Shown piece by piece: positions 24,649 to 36,340 of a stretch of DNA of 64,000 nucleotides. This stretch comes from Mobula hypostoma (Eukaryota). The stretch spans positions 61,692,001 to 61,756,000 of the forward strand of contig NC_086108.1 of NCBI RefSeq assembly GCF_963921235.1. The letters are read 5' to 3'. Each line of letters begins with the position of its first letter. Position 1 is the stretch's first letter. Below the pieces are notes generated by a model. It was given only the letters and a program-made list of their open reading frames with translations. It ran no database searches and was not told where the DNA came from. Both the position numbers and the translations under genes were made by a program.

Positions 24649-25225
24649 CTGATGGCTGAGGGGTAATAACTGTTACCAAACCTGGTGGTGTGAGTCCTGA
24701 TGTCTGAGGGGTAATAACTGTTACTAAACCTGGTGGTGTGGGTCCTGATGGCTGAGGGGTAATAACTGTTACTAAACCTGGTGGTGTGGGTCCTGATGTC
24801 TGAGGGGTAATAACTGTTACTAAACCTGGTGGTGTGAGTCCTGATGGCTGAGGGGTAATAACTGTTACTAAACCTGGTGGTGTGGGTCCTGATGTCTGAG
24901 GGGTAATAACTGTTACTAAACCTGGTGGTGTGGGTCCTGATGTCTGAGGGGTAATAACTGTACTAAACCTGGTGGTGTGGGTCCTGATGTCTGAGGGGTA
25001 ATAACTGTACTAAACCTGGTGGTGTGGGTCCTGATGTCTGAGGGGTAATAACTGTACTAAACCTGGTGGTGTGGGTCCTGATGTCTGAGGGGTAATAACT
25101 GTTACTAAACCTGGTGGTGTGGGTCCTGATGTCTGAGGGGTAATAGCTGTTACTAAACCTGGTGGTGTGGGTCCTGATGGCTGAGGGGTAACAACTGTTA
25201 CTAAACTTGGTGGTGTGAGTCCTGA
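24649..25225. repeat. 48-bp minisatellite, ~12 units (three of 47 bp)
   Basis: Unit CTGAGGGGTAATAACTGTTACTAAACCTGGTGGTGTGGGTCCTGATGT starts at 24656, 24704, 24752, 24800, 24848, 24896, 24944, 24991, 25038, 25085, 25133 and 25181. Confidence 0.97.
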
Positions 25226-27152
25226 AGCTCCTGTACCTTCTTCCGGATGGCAGCACAAGAAGAGAGCATGTCCTGGGTGGTGGGTACCGCTGATAATTGA
25301 TGCTACTTCCCTGTGACAGCATTTTCTGTAGATGTGCTCAATGGTGGGGAGGGCTTGGCCTGTGATGGACTGGGCCTGTCCATTTTCCATTCAAGTATAT
25401 TGACTGGCTGCATCACAGATTGGTGTTTCCATACCAATCTGTGATGCAGCCAGTCAATACACTCTCCACTACACATCCATGGAAGTTTTTCAAGGTTTTA
25501 GATGTCATGACAAATCTTAGCAATCTCCTAAAGAAGTAGAGGTCCTGCTATGCTTTCTTCGTGATTGCAATTATGTCCTGAGCACAGGACTGGTCCTCCG
25601 AAATAATAACAGCTAGGAATATAAAGTTGCTAACCCTCTCCATCTCTGATCCACTAATGAGGACTGGCTCATAGACCTCTGGTTTCTTTCTCCTGAAGTC
25701 AATAATCAGCTCCTTGGTCTTGCTGACATAAAGTAAGAGGTGATTATTATGGCACCACTCTGCCAGATTTTAAATGTCCCTCCTGTATGCTGATTCATCA
25801 CCTCCTTTGATTTGAACTACAGCAGCAAACTTGATATGGAATTAGAGCTGTACTTAGCAACACAGTCATAAGCAGAGGGCAGGGGACTAAGCATACAGTT
25901 TTGTAGTGCACCTGTGCTGATGCATATCGTGGAGATGTTACTGCCAATCCAAACTGACTGGGGTCAGCAAGAGAGGAATTCAAGGATACAATTACACAAG
26001 GAGGTATTGAGGCCAAGGTCTTGAAACTTATTGATTAGTTTTGAGGGGATGATAGTATTGAATGCTGAGCTGTATTCAGCCAAGCGCATCCCGATGTATG
26101 CAATGTTCCTGTACGGATGTTCCAGGGTTGAGTGAAGAGCTAATGAGATGGCATCTGCTGTGGACCTGTCGCTCCAATCAGAATAGAGCGGATCAAAGTC
26201 ATTTCTCAGGCAGGAGTTAATGTTTCATCACCAACCTCTCAAAGCACTTCATCACTGTGGACGTAAGTGCGACTGGACGATGGTCACTGAGGCATTTTAT
26301 CACATTCTTCTTCAGTACTGGTATAATTGAAGCCTGCTTGAAGCGGGTGGGTACTTCAGATGACCAAAGCAAGAGGTTAAAGATTTCAGTGAACACTCCA
26401 GCCAGTTGATCAGTTGGTCTTTAGTACTTGACCAGGTACCCCGTCTGGGCTGGATGCTTTTTGTGGGTTCACTTTCCTGAAGGCTGTTCGCACATCGGCC
26501 TCAAGAGACCAAAATCACAGGATCATCGAGGAATGTGGGAGTTCATGGTGGTTCCTTCATATTTTGACGGCCAAAGCGAGCATCAACGGCATTGAGCTCA
26601 CCTGGAAGCAAAGCCCTATCATTGTCTATGTTATTTGATTTAACTTTATATGCGGTGATGGTATTCAAGACCTGCCATAACTGCTGAGCATCCTTCGTAA
26701 ATGCAAGTTTAGTCCGGAATTGCCACTTTACCTGTGAGATGGCTTTCTGGAGATTGTACCTGGACTTCTTGTAACTGTCTTGGTCACCAGACTTGAATGC
26801 CTCTGAACAGGCCCTCAGCAGATTGCAGATCTCATGGTTCATCCAGCGCTTCTGATTGGGGAAGACATTGTGGGGACACACTCGTCTACAACTCTTTTAA
26901 TAAAGTCTCTGACAACGTCAGCAGAGTTAACAAAAATTATGGCTGGCTTTTAAGCAGTGTCCTCTGAGTGTAATGTTCAGAGTGTAAATATCCACAAGGA
27001 AAGGGTGATGCTGATAGAGTTAAATAAATCAATCAAATTAAATAAATCACCTAACACAGGCACGGCAGAACATCCAGTACATTGCTGATCTAGTGAATAG
27101 GAGCTGATGAAAACCATTTCGGTTTATGCAACCACTAGTGTACTAAACCTCT

Positions 27153-27460
27153 GAGAGGCATCTGTTAGTCTAATGAGACCATGGATTTGTGCCTTGGAAG
27201 GTTTTCAGGGCGCAGGCCTGGGCAAGCTTGTATGGAAGACCAGCAGTTGCCCATGCTGCAAGTTTCTCCTCTCCATGCCACCAATGTTGTCCAAGGGAAG
27301 GGCACTAGGGCCAATACAGCTTGGCACCGGTGTCATCGCAGAGCAATGTGTGGTTAAGTGCCTTGCTCGAGGGCACAACACGCTGCCTCAGCTGAGGCTC
27401 GAACTAGTGACCTTCCGATCACTAGACTGACGCCTTAACCACCTGGCCATGCGCCAACAC
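27153..27460 (-). mobile_element. Full-length tRNA-derived CORE-type SINE
   Basis: A box TGGCCAGGTGG, B box AGTTCGAGCC, CORE-like TGTGCCCTCGAGCAAGGCACTTAAC. 11-bp TSD ACTAAACCTCT at 27142-27152 and 27461-27471. Confidence 0.85.
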
Positions 27461-27789
27461 ACTAAACCTCTACAGCTTGAGGAAATTAAGGGTTCCTAAT
27501 TGATGAAGTGAAGTCGTAAAATTTGAACTGCAAAGTTTCAGGGGAGTGATAACTTCCTGGGATACCATGACTCATGGTATGGTCATATCCTAAGGTTAAG
27601 TGTGACTGAATTGGTCTGTCAAGAGGGACAGAGGGATGAAAAGCAGGTGTGAGACCCAGAAGGTAGTGCACAGATACCTCACATTTCCTGAGAGTCTCCA
27701 AGAAGCACACAGACCTTGCGGGCGGTGTGATGACAGCTGGTCCTGCCGGGTGATGAGAAAACTGACCACAGCACCATGATGCAGGGTGC

Positions 27790-28701
27790 AAGAGTGAAGA
27801 GCAAGGTCGTGGTCAGAGGGGATACTGCAGTTAGGAGATGGGTATCGGTCCCTGCAGCCACCAGTGTAACTCTTGTTGCACTACATGGTACCAGGATTGT
27901 CCATCCTCTTGGAACTGAGGAAGAGCAAGGTGAATGCAGTTACGGATGAACATGTGAAAAGCAATGATAGGACAAAGAAAGGGGTTCTGCTGAAAGAATA
28001 ACAGCAGCTGGAGACCTGATTAAAAATCAGAACTACAAAAGGTAATAATCCTGAGGTGCTTGCAAATTGCCAAAAGGCAAATAAGATCAGAGAATTGAAT
28101 ATGTGGCTCAAAGATTAACGAGGAAGAAATAGGTTTGGAGCCATGGGTCATTGGCACCAGTAATGGGTAAAGAAGACATTGCTTCACAATTCAGTAAAGG
28201 AGAATCAAGGCATTGATAAGGAAAGTTAAAGCAGAATATAAAACAATAAGCAAGCAAGCAACTTAAAAATAGATTGAAGATTTCAAATGATATATAAAGA
28301 AGACTGGGACTATTAACACGTTCCTCGCTGAGACTGAGAAAGAAGAAGCTGTATTGTAGAATAAGAAAATGGCAGAGAAAATGCTTATCTTAACTAAAAA
28401 GATACAAAACCTTACAGAAACAGAGGACTCTGAGTAAAGAATACAGAAATTAATGTTAATGTAAATATTTTGGAAAAATTAACATTAACAGTGTATATGC
28501 TAAGGTTTTGAAGGTGCTGACTGTGGAGGTAGTGAATGTAGAGATTGACAGCTTCCAACATTTTATATATTCAAGGAAAATAGCAGAATAGGAAAGTATA
28601 CCTCAGGTAACCTTATTTTTACAAAGCTGTTAGAGTTTGTAACTAAAAAATTATAAGTAAATACATGAAGTGTATTTGGATTTTCAGAAGGCCTTTGATA
28701 A
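27790..28701 (+). mobile_element. Old, heavily deleted CR1
   Basis: Decayed SGNH-like ORF1 segment, then YLDFQKAFD at 28673-28700. Confidence 0.6.
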
Positions 28702-29051
28702 CGCCGGCCTTTTAGGTCGACCAGGAGGCAGTTGGCTCGTAGGAAATCTGCCCCTAGTAGTGGCTGTGACATCACTGCCAACGTGAAAGTCCAAGTGAAA
28801 TGGCTGAACCCGAAATGCAGTGAGATAGTTAGCGGGCCATACTTCCGAATACTGGTGCCATTTGCAGTGGTGAGTTCAGGGCCTGGGACCGCGTTACGAG
28901 TGTCCATGTTCGGGAGGGGGGGTAATACGCTGACTTCGGCCTTGGTGTCTACCAGGAAGCGCCGCCCAGAGTGTCGGTCCCAGAGGCACAGGAGGCTGTC
29001 TCGGTGGCCAGCTGTTGTAGCTAATAGCGATGGTTGGCCCCGGCGTTTCCC
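28702..29051 (-). pseudogene. Gypsy aspartic protease (start of pol, -1 frame)
   Basis: FLVDTKAEVSVLP (DTG changed to DTK)..ANGTSIRKYG..PLLGADFL; truncated before RT. Confidence 0.85.
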
Positions 29052-29719
29052 GGAAAAGCACATGGTGGACGGCAGCGGTGCACGCCTGAGCCCCATCTTT
29101 AGTGATAGAAACACCATTGTTCCGAACTTTCATCTATTTCCCCCGTGGGTCTCAACGGCTTCAGTTGCAGGGCCTGGGCTTTGGGGCGCGTGATCGTGGC
29201 TAGGCCAATGGAGGCTGCTCCACGTTGCTCACTCTGCCAAAGGACGTCTGCTTTAGCCGCGACCCTGCGTGGGTCGCTGAAATCCTCACTCGCGAGGAGG
29301 AGGCGAATGTCCTCTGGCATTTGCTCGAGGAAAAACTGTTCAAATAAAAGACACGGCTTATGGCCGTCCATGAGTGCCAGCATATCATTCATGAGCTCGG
29401 ATGGCATGCGGTCGCCCAGGCCGTTCGTGTGTAGGAGCCGCATGGCCCGTTCGCGGCGGGAGAGTCCGAAGGTACGGATCAGGAGCGCCTTAAGCTTAGT
29501 GTACTTGTCCTCCATTGGTGGTTGGCATAGGAAGTCGATGATCTGGCCTGCCGTCTCCTGGTCGAGCGTGCTGACTACATAGTAGCACCGCGTGGCGTCG
29601 ACTGTAATGTCTCTGATATTGAACTGGGCCTCAGCCTGCTCGATCCAAACGTGGGGCTGAGTGGCCCAGAAAGTCGGGAGCTTCAGAGAGACTGCGCTGT
29701 GTGCGTTGCTCAAACTCAT
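29020..29719 (-). pseudogene. Gypsy gag with Cys-His knuckle, one premature stop
   Basis: MSLSNAHSAVSLKLPTFW..WIEQAEAQF..LGDRMPSELM..WCFYH*RWGSGVHRCRPPCAFPGN. Confidence 0.85.
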
Positions 29720-29774
29720 GGCTGGTCGCTGAGTCGCCGGCTCCAGATGCCATCTGGAACGTCGGGGTCACCAA

Positions 29775-30010
29775 TGTAGTCGCGCACAAACACGCTACTA
29801 AAGAAACACATGGAGGCAGAGAGAGCTGTACTCAAAATGCCTTTGCTGATTCAAAATCACGCACTTAAATCTTCCCTCCCATGGGCCCCTGCGATCCGCA
29901 GGGTGAACGTGACGTCAGACTGTCCCCAGTAGGTAGTTCCAACCGCGCTACCGCGTGTCTGCCCATGGCTCCCAATGGCGGTTCAAGTCCCGTGTGTGCG
30001 GGCCGCCACA
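29775..30010 (-). repeat. 5' LTR of the Gypsy element (236 bp)
   Basis: TG..CA termini immediately upstream of the primer-binding site. Confidence 0.8.
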
Positions 30011-30199
30011 GTAGCACAATAAATCACATTGCTGGCTGTAACTGAGGCCAAAGGTCAAGTGAATCAACCCCTCAATCACATCTGTGTTAATTTCTCTCTG
30101 CCCACCAATTAACCAAGAAATTATCACACATATAATCTATGTGTGGCGAGTAAATTGTCTGTGCTGCTTACTCACCAATAGAAAGGATCTGGGTCCAAC

Positions 30200-30600
30200 T
30201 TCTACACAAGTCTTTTCAGAATGAAGAAAGTTCCATACAGGTCCCATTTTTTAAGTGGGAGGAAATTAATCCAAATTGGTTTCCTTCTGATTTGAAGATT
30301 ACAACTCCCAGCTCTGTATTCCTTGATAAGAGTAATGGTTCCTTTTGTCTCTGCTATTGGATCCTTTTAACATCTTTAACACTTCACTTAGTTCATCATT
30401 CTTTCTCAATGTTCATGGGAATACAAACCAGGTCAATAAAGCCTTAGTTAGTTCTATCAGCAGTGGTAATGAATCTATCCTCTTCCCCTACAAGCTGCAA
30501 TGACCAATGGTTAAAGAAAACTTTCTCCTAATCTCCTTGGCTAAAGATCAACTTCCCATTAGCCTTTTTAATCTATATTTGTGCCTGTTCATTGGCTTTT
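30200..30600 (-). mobile_element. Very old CR1 3' remnant
   Basis: Decayed similarity to the antisense CR1 C-terminus. Confidence 0.4.
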
Positions 30601-31279
30601 AGCCTTTTGATTTAATGATCCCATTGGGTATGTGTTTGATTGAATTTTCATGGTGATGAGGGAAGAGGAATAGTGCAGGATAGATGAAGTTAGATTAAAG
30701 CAACACTCAAGGGGCGTGCCTAATGTCATCGAAATATTGTTACAAGGAAAACAAATTGTCGCAAAAAAACACTGATCAAGGTACAAGTGAGTACTATCCA
30801 AACAAGGCAATTTTATACTTTCCTATTTTGTTCTTTAGACCTTTAACATCTGGCTTGTTTTAACTAGGTTATTAGTAGACTCTACAATTCATACTTATGG
30901 TTGAATAAAAAATTAAATAATATGGCCCTTTGATCTTTTTCCCTCTATCACAGAGTTGCTGGGAAAAAATTTAATATTTATTGATGAGATTATGATGCAT
31001 GGAAGGAGATACCCATACTGCCTGTGGTGGATATGTCTCAATGGACTCAGATATGGTTTTATGCTCAGGACTTTCTTCATCATCATTGGGACACACCTAC
31101 TTGCAAACCCATGGACATAAGATCTCCAAAGCTAGTTTAGCTACCATTTTCAAATATTCAACAGAATCTGTTTTTTTTTCAGGTTGCCACAAACAATTGT
31201 ATGGTAATGAAATGGTCAGTATTGAAAGAAAAGAGAGAGTTTTTGTCAAACAGAATCTTAAAAATCATTGTCCGTTTTG

Positions 31280-32770
31280 TAGAGTCACAGAGTTACACAG
31301 CACAGAAATAGGCTCCCTGGCCTAACTTGTCCACACCAACCAAGGTGACTACCTGAAGTAGTCCCGTCCCACTTGTATGTATTTTACACGTACCCCTCTG
31401 AGTCTTTACAATCCATGTACCTATCTAATGTTATCTAAATGTTATAAATGTATCTGCCTGTACCACTTTCTTTGGTAGCTCATTCCAGATAGGCATGTCC
31501 TCAGGTACCCCGTAATCTTCCCCCTCTCACATTACATCGATGACTTCTAGCTTTTGGTTCCCATAGACTGAGGAAAAAGACTGTGAGCATTCACGTTTCA
31601 ATATAGCACATGATTTTATATACTGCTATAAGGTCACCCAACAGCCTCCTATACTTTTCCAAAATCCATTTTCCTTTTTAATCCAATTCTAACAACATCC
31701 TTGCAATTTTTCTATATCCTTTCTAGCATTATTACATCTTTCCTATAATGAGGCAACCAGAACTGCATACAAACCTCCAAATATGGTCTCACAAACATCT
31801 TGTGCAACTGTAAGAAATATTTGATGCCCTTACCAATGAAGGCAAGAATGCCAAAAGCTTTCTTCACCACCCTAACTACCTGTATCAGCAATATCAGGGG
31901 AAATATGTACTCATTCCCCTGGAATTCCCCTGAAGGTTAATTTGCAGGTTGAGTCTATGGTGAGGAAGGCAAATGCAATGTTTGCATTCATTCCAAAAGG
32001 ACTAGAATATAAAAGCCAGGATTTAATTTTGAAACTTTATAAAACACTGGTGAAGCCTCACTGAGTATTGTGAGCAGGTTTGGGCCTCTTATCTTAGAAA
32101 GGATGTCCTTGAAACCAGAGAGGGTTCAAAGGAGCTTCACAAAAATGATTTCAGGATTTGTATGACTTGTTATATGAAAAACGTTCGATGGCTCTGGGCC
32201 TGTATTCACTGAAATTCAGAAGAATGAGGGGTGACTTAATTGAAACTTTTCGAATGGTGAAAGGCCTTGATAGAGTTGATGTGGGGAGGATGTTTCCTAC
32301 GGTGGGAGAATCTAAGACCAGAGGACATGACCTCAGAATAGAGGGACGCCCTTTTACAATGAAGAAGAGCAAAAATTTCTTTAGCCAGAGAGTGGTGAAT
32401 CTGTGGAATTTGTTTGCCACAGGCAACTGTGGAGGCCAAGACTGTATGTATATTTAAGGCAGAGGTTGATTGATTCTTTATTGGTCAGGGCATGAAAGGA
32501 GATGGAGAGAGGCAGGAGAATGGGGCTGAGAGGAAAATGGATCAGCCATGATGAAATAGTGGAGAAGATATGATGGGCCAAATGGCCTAATTCTGCTCCT
32601 ATATCTTATGATCTTATGGTTACTGCACAAGTCCTGTTCTGGTCTAACTTTCCAAAATACAACACTTTGGACTTGTCAAAGTTAAATTCCATCAGCCATT
32701 CTTTGGCACACTTTCCCAGCTGATCTAGATCCTATTGCAATCTCAGATGATCTTCTTCACTGTCCATATT
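31280..32770 (-). mobile_element. Old CR1 (minus) interrupted by a younger plus-strand CR1
   Basis: CR1 tail at ~31280; antisense ORF2 remnants to ~31920, resuming at ~32622. Confidence 0.7.
31925..32620 (+). mobile_element. 5'-truncated CR1
   Basis: LGLYSLKFRRMRGDLIETF..FFSQRVVNLWN; CR1 3' end. Confidence 0.9.
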
Positions 32771-33887
32771 TGGGGGCGATGTTTAACATTAAACCACATG
32801 GAGGAATTGGTGATGTTTAACGTTAAACCACATGGTAGGAATTGGTTGGCCAGTTAAGCTCATTTTATGGTTGTGAAACTTGGCAGAATGTGACAGTTCA
32901 GAATTTTAATGTTTTGCTGAACAAGTAAGAATTTTACCATCCCCAGCTAGTGAGCTCCTTGATTACTTGCCATGAATTCCCACTAGTGATCTTCACACAC
33001 ACATACCCACTGACCTCAGTTGTATGCAGGAGCCCATTTTTCTGGCCTTCTGTGTAAGAGTTGGGCTGTGAAATTTTGGGTAGTGCTGTGCAGAGACTGC
33101 ATCCCTAAAGGACATTAACACGAAGTGTAGAGTGGAGCTTTGCCTTTTGTTAAAGCTGTCAACCTGCAAATTCCACCTGGAATTTGATGCAGGAAGGGCA
33201 ACTTCCCCCTTTTGACCCAGTGAAGCTGTAGTGTACACAACATTAAAAACAAACAGAAAATGCCAAAAACACCCAGTAGGTCAGGCAGCATTTCTAGAAA
33301 GATAAACAAAGATAGTGTTTTAAATATGACCCTCTTTGTCAGAACCAGCTCAGTGTAGGAAAATTAGATAACCACAATTTTTCAGATTGAGAGCCAAAGG
33401 TATAATTTTTCACTGGCAGTTTCCAGAATTACAGCCACGAGGAAACCCTTTATTTTAACTCCATCATCAACTATCTGAAAACACTGTATAAGCACTGGAT
33501 ATTCAGACAACGAGATTCCTTCTGAACTGAAACATACAGCACCTTTTATAGTTTGAGAGTTTGCTATGAGCCATGGTTCCCTGATGGCAACTGTTTTAAA
33601 TTGAAGTCTAAATAGCAAAAGTGTGAAATGGTGAGAAATTCATTTGGGAACCTTGCTCAATTAACGTTACAAATTCCACCCCCATCACACACTTTACATT
33701 GATCTGCTTGAATAATGTCAGGGTCAGAACCACTACAGTCTTCCTCTTGGGCATTTTACAATAGCAGTTAATCTTATATTTTTTTCTCTGGAAAAAAAAA
33801 CAAAAAATCAGTCCGTCCTTATTTACTCATAACAGCTCAGTACTGATTTGGAGGACGTGGCCAATGGTATTAAGAAGAACCTCATTC

Positions 33888-33901
33888 GTTGCCATGGCAA
33901 C
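33888..33901. promoter_or_regulatory. Perfect palindromic RFX X-box GTTGCCATGGCAAC
   Basis: Exact 14-bp palindrome matching the RFX consensus, in non-repetitive sequence with neighbouring CCAAT and ETS-like motifs. Confidence 0.55.
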
Positions 33902-34831
33902 TTGCCTGAATAGTGAATATGCTCACTTCCTGCCAATTGTAGCAACGTTGAACTTTCCTCTTGTTTAAGAAGGATTACAGTCAACCATTGCCCATATAAT
34001 TTGAGGATATGTGTCATTCAAAGAGAATAAGTGTACAGAATGTTTGAATTGTTTAGATTGCTTTAATGGGCACTATACCGTTTCAACTACATCGAGCTAC
34101 CCTCAGAGGATAATTCTAGAAGACCATTATTCCTGCTTGACAAAATTTCACTCTGCAAACTGACCTTCCTCCTTACATTTCAAGCTGTAAATATATTATT
34201 GTTCAAGCATGTCCTCCACTGCTTACTATGTATTCCCAAAGGTCAGCGCAGGACCTATTTGTTAGGTAAGTACTGGCAAGGTTCAGAAAGTTAAACCTGC
34301 TCAAAAATGTGAGGTAAGGGGTAGTTTGGGCTTCACTCAAACCTCAGCAACAATGGGCAAGCGTAGAATTGCCAGGTCATCCCATTACAATTAATGGGGG
34401 ACGAGCGAGTAGTCACAGTAGGCATGGACTATACACAATGGGAAGAAGCACACATGCTAATTACATACACAAAGTGTTTTTCATGTTGAATGTCAATTAT
34501 AGAGCTTGTGCACTTGTGTCAGAACCCTGTTTCACAGCATCTCTCAGCACATGTTTCAATGGCTAATATAACATTAAAAAAATCACTAGGGCTTCCTCCT
34601 TTGAACACAGTCCTTTTTTTTGAAACAGTCACTTGTGATATGCATGCAAAACTCTATTACCACTTGACCAGCCTACAGTTTAAAAGTAGATTGGAGCTGC
34701 ATGTGGCACTTTAGAAGTTTATCATGTGGAAGTGAGTGTGGGAAGAGGTCCAGTGGATATCTTGGCATTCTGATAAGGGTTCAGTGGAGAAGGAAGGTTC
34801 TTCCTCTACTGGAGAGGATGATGAAGAAGCA

Positions 34832-35104
34832 TTTTTTTTAGGCATCCGTTAGTCTCGTGAGACCATGGCTTTGCACCTTGGAAGGTTTCCAGGGCTCAGG
34901 CCTAGGCAAGGCTGTATGGAAGACCGGCAGTTGCCCATGCTGCAAGTCTCCCCTCTCCACGCCACCAATGTTGTCCAAGGGAAGGGCACTAGGGCCGATA
35001 CAGCTTGGCACTGTTGTCGTTGCAGAGCAATGTGTGGTTAAGTGCCTTGTTTAGGGACACAACATGCTGCCTCAGCTGAGGCTCGAACTAGTGACCTTCA
35101 GATC
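34832..35104 (-). mobile_element. 5'-truncated copy of the CORE-type SINE at 27153-27460
   Basis: Highly similar sequence with a short poly(A) tail. Confidence 0.9.
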
Positions 35105-35800
35105 CTCCTCTTTGGTAGTCACCCTGGACATCTTACAATTTATATGCGGGTCTGATGGGTCTCGATGTACAAGCCTCCTGAGAATGGTGGCAAAACTATA
35201 CTCAACATTGACCTCGCCCTGGTGACCACCTTCATGTGTGGTTGTGTCAGAAGGTGTGTGGATGAAAAGTAAATGGACGCCAAGTGCCACTACATATTGA
35301 AGTTCTACCCGTCCCTGCTGTTATGGAAGATAAGCCTGCTCCCTCTGTTGCACAACATCCTTGCCAGCTGGACACTGCTGCACCTCCTATCCTTTGTGGT
35401 CAGCACAGAAGATACTGCAGATACTGCAGGATAGGGTCTCTATGGATTCTATGATTTTGTTCCCCAAGCAAACATTCTAAACTGTATGGCAGAATGCCTC
35501 ATCACCAGATCTGACGAATAAACTCCATGACTTCACCTGGCTGATGGTGAGAAGTACCCTCCCAATCAGACAACCTAATAGCCCAACGTATGCGGCCATT
35601 GCGGTGACTGTGGTGGGGAAAAACTGATCACCCACCTCTTTGCCAACCATGAATTTGCTAAGAGAGTGTGGAGATAGATGCAAAGGTCTGTGTCCCAGTT
35701 CAACCCCAGCAGATGTGTCACAGAGACTCTCTGATCTACAACCTGTTCCCAGGGACATCAAGTGCTATTAGAAGGTCATGTGCACTGACCTATTAGAAAG
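35105..35800 (+). mobile_element. Old Tx1/L1-clade ORF2 C-terminal remnant
   Basis: TVWQNASSPDLTNKLHDFTWLMVRSTLPIR..CGDCGG..ITHLFANHEFAKRVWR (zinc-finger-like region downstream of RT). Confidence 0.7.
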
Positions 35801-36199
35801 CACTGACTTCCTTCCTAATATCTAAAGCATGTTATTTGCAAGTTCCTCACAGAGATCTCATTGGGAACCATTGAGATCCATTTGTTGTTGAATTTGTTTG
35901 CTAAATATCATTTGGAATTTGCTTTTCAAGGGATTATGTCTGTGTTAAAAGATGAAACCCATTTTCTAGACATGTATAGTGATCAAACATATGCAGGAAA
36001 AACCAGGAAGTTGATTTTTTTTGAAATAACAAGGCCTGGAACACAAAGGAACAAAGATTTGCAGGCCATGTTCAAGAGCTTTGAGTGAAAGCAATGTCCT
36101 AACTGAAGTCACCACTGCAGCATGTCGAGCTCCAACCACAGCACACTGTTCACTACACACAGGATTAGCAGAACTGTAAACGCATTCATAAAGAAAGGT

Positions 36200-36340
36200 G
36201 AGACGCGAGGGACTGCAAATGCTGGACTGCAGACATTGACATTTTGGGATTCCTGATACAAGCATTTGACACAAAGTATCGACAATTGCATTCCTTGCAC
36301 AGGTTGACCTGCAGATTTCCTCCAGCAGATTGTTTGTTGT
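36200..36340. mobile_element. Small decayed Penelope terminal remnant
   Basis: 'ctgcaaatgctgga' and '..gatttcctccagcagattgtttgttg' with a decayed hammerhead region between them. Confidence 0.45.

Larger units (their letters stand above)
23679..26920 (-). mobile_element. Rex1/Babar LINE, 5'-truncated, containing a Penelope insertion and a minisatellite
   Basis: FPNQKRWMN..AFKSGD, DYSSAFNTI, FADYTTV-like and HPGHALF..LPSGRRYRS motifs; tail at ~23680. Confidence 0.9.
28702..30010 (-). mobile_element. 3'-truncated Ty3/Gypsy LTR retrotransposon (LTR, primer-binding site, gag, protease)
   Basis: LTR TGTGG..ACTACA at 30010-29775; primer-binding site TGGTGACCCCGACGT (tRNA-Trp) at 29773-29759; gag and aspartic protease ORFs follow. 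Confidence 0.9.

Noticed and set aside
24649..25225. CRISPR-like array or repeat-protein ORFs (24963-25390)
   Set aside because: Units are head-to-tail with no unique spacers, the context is eukaryotic, and the ORFs are by-products of a Rex1-derived minisatellite.
27390..27460. tRNA gene
   Set aside because: It is the tRNA-derived head of a TSD-flanked SINE.
32778..32846. ~35-bp tandem duplication
   Set aside because: Real, but a simple two-copy local duplication with no sign of function.
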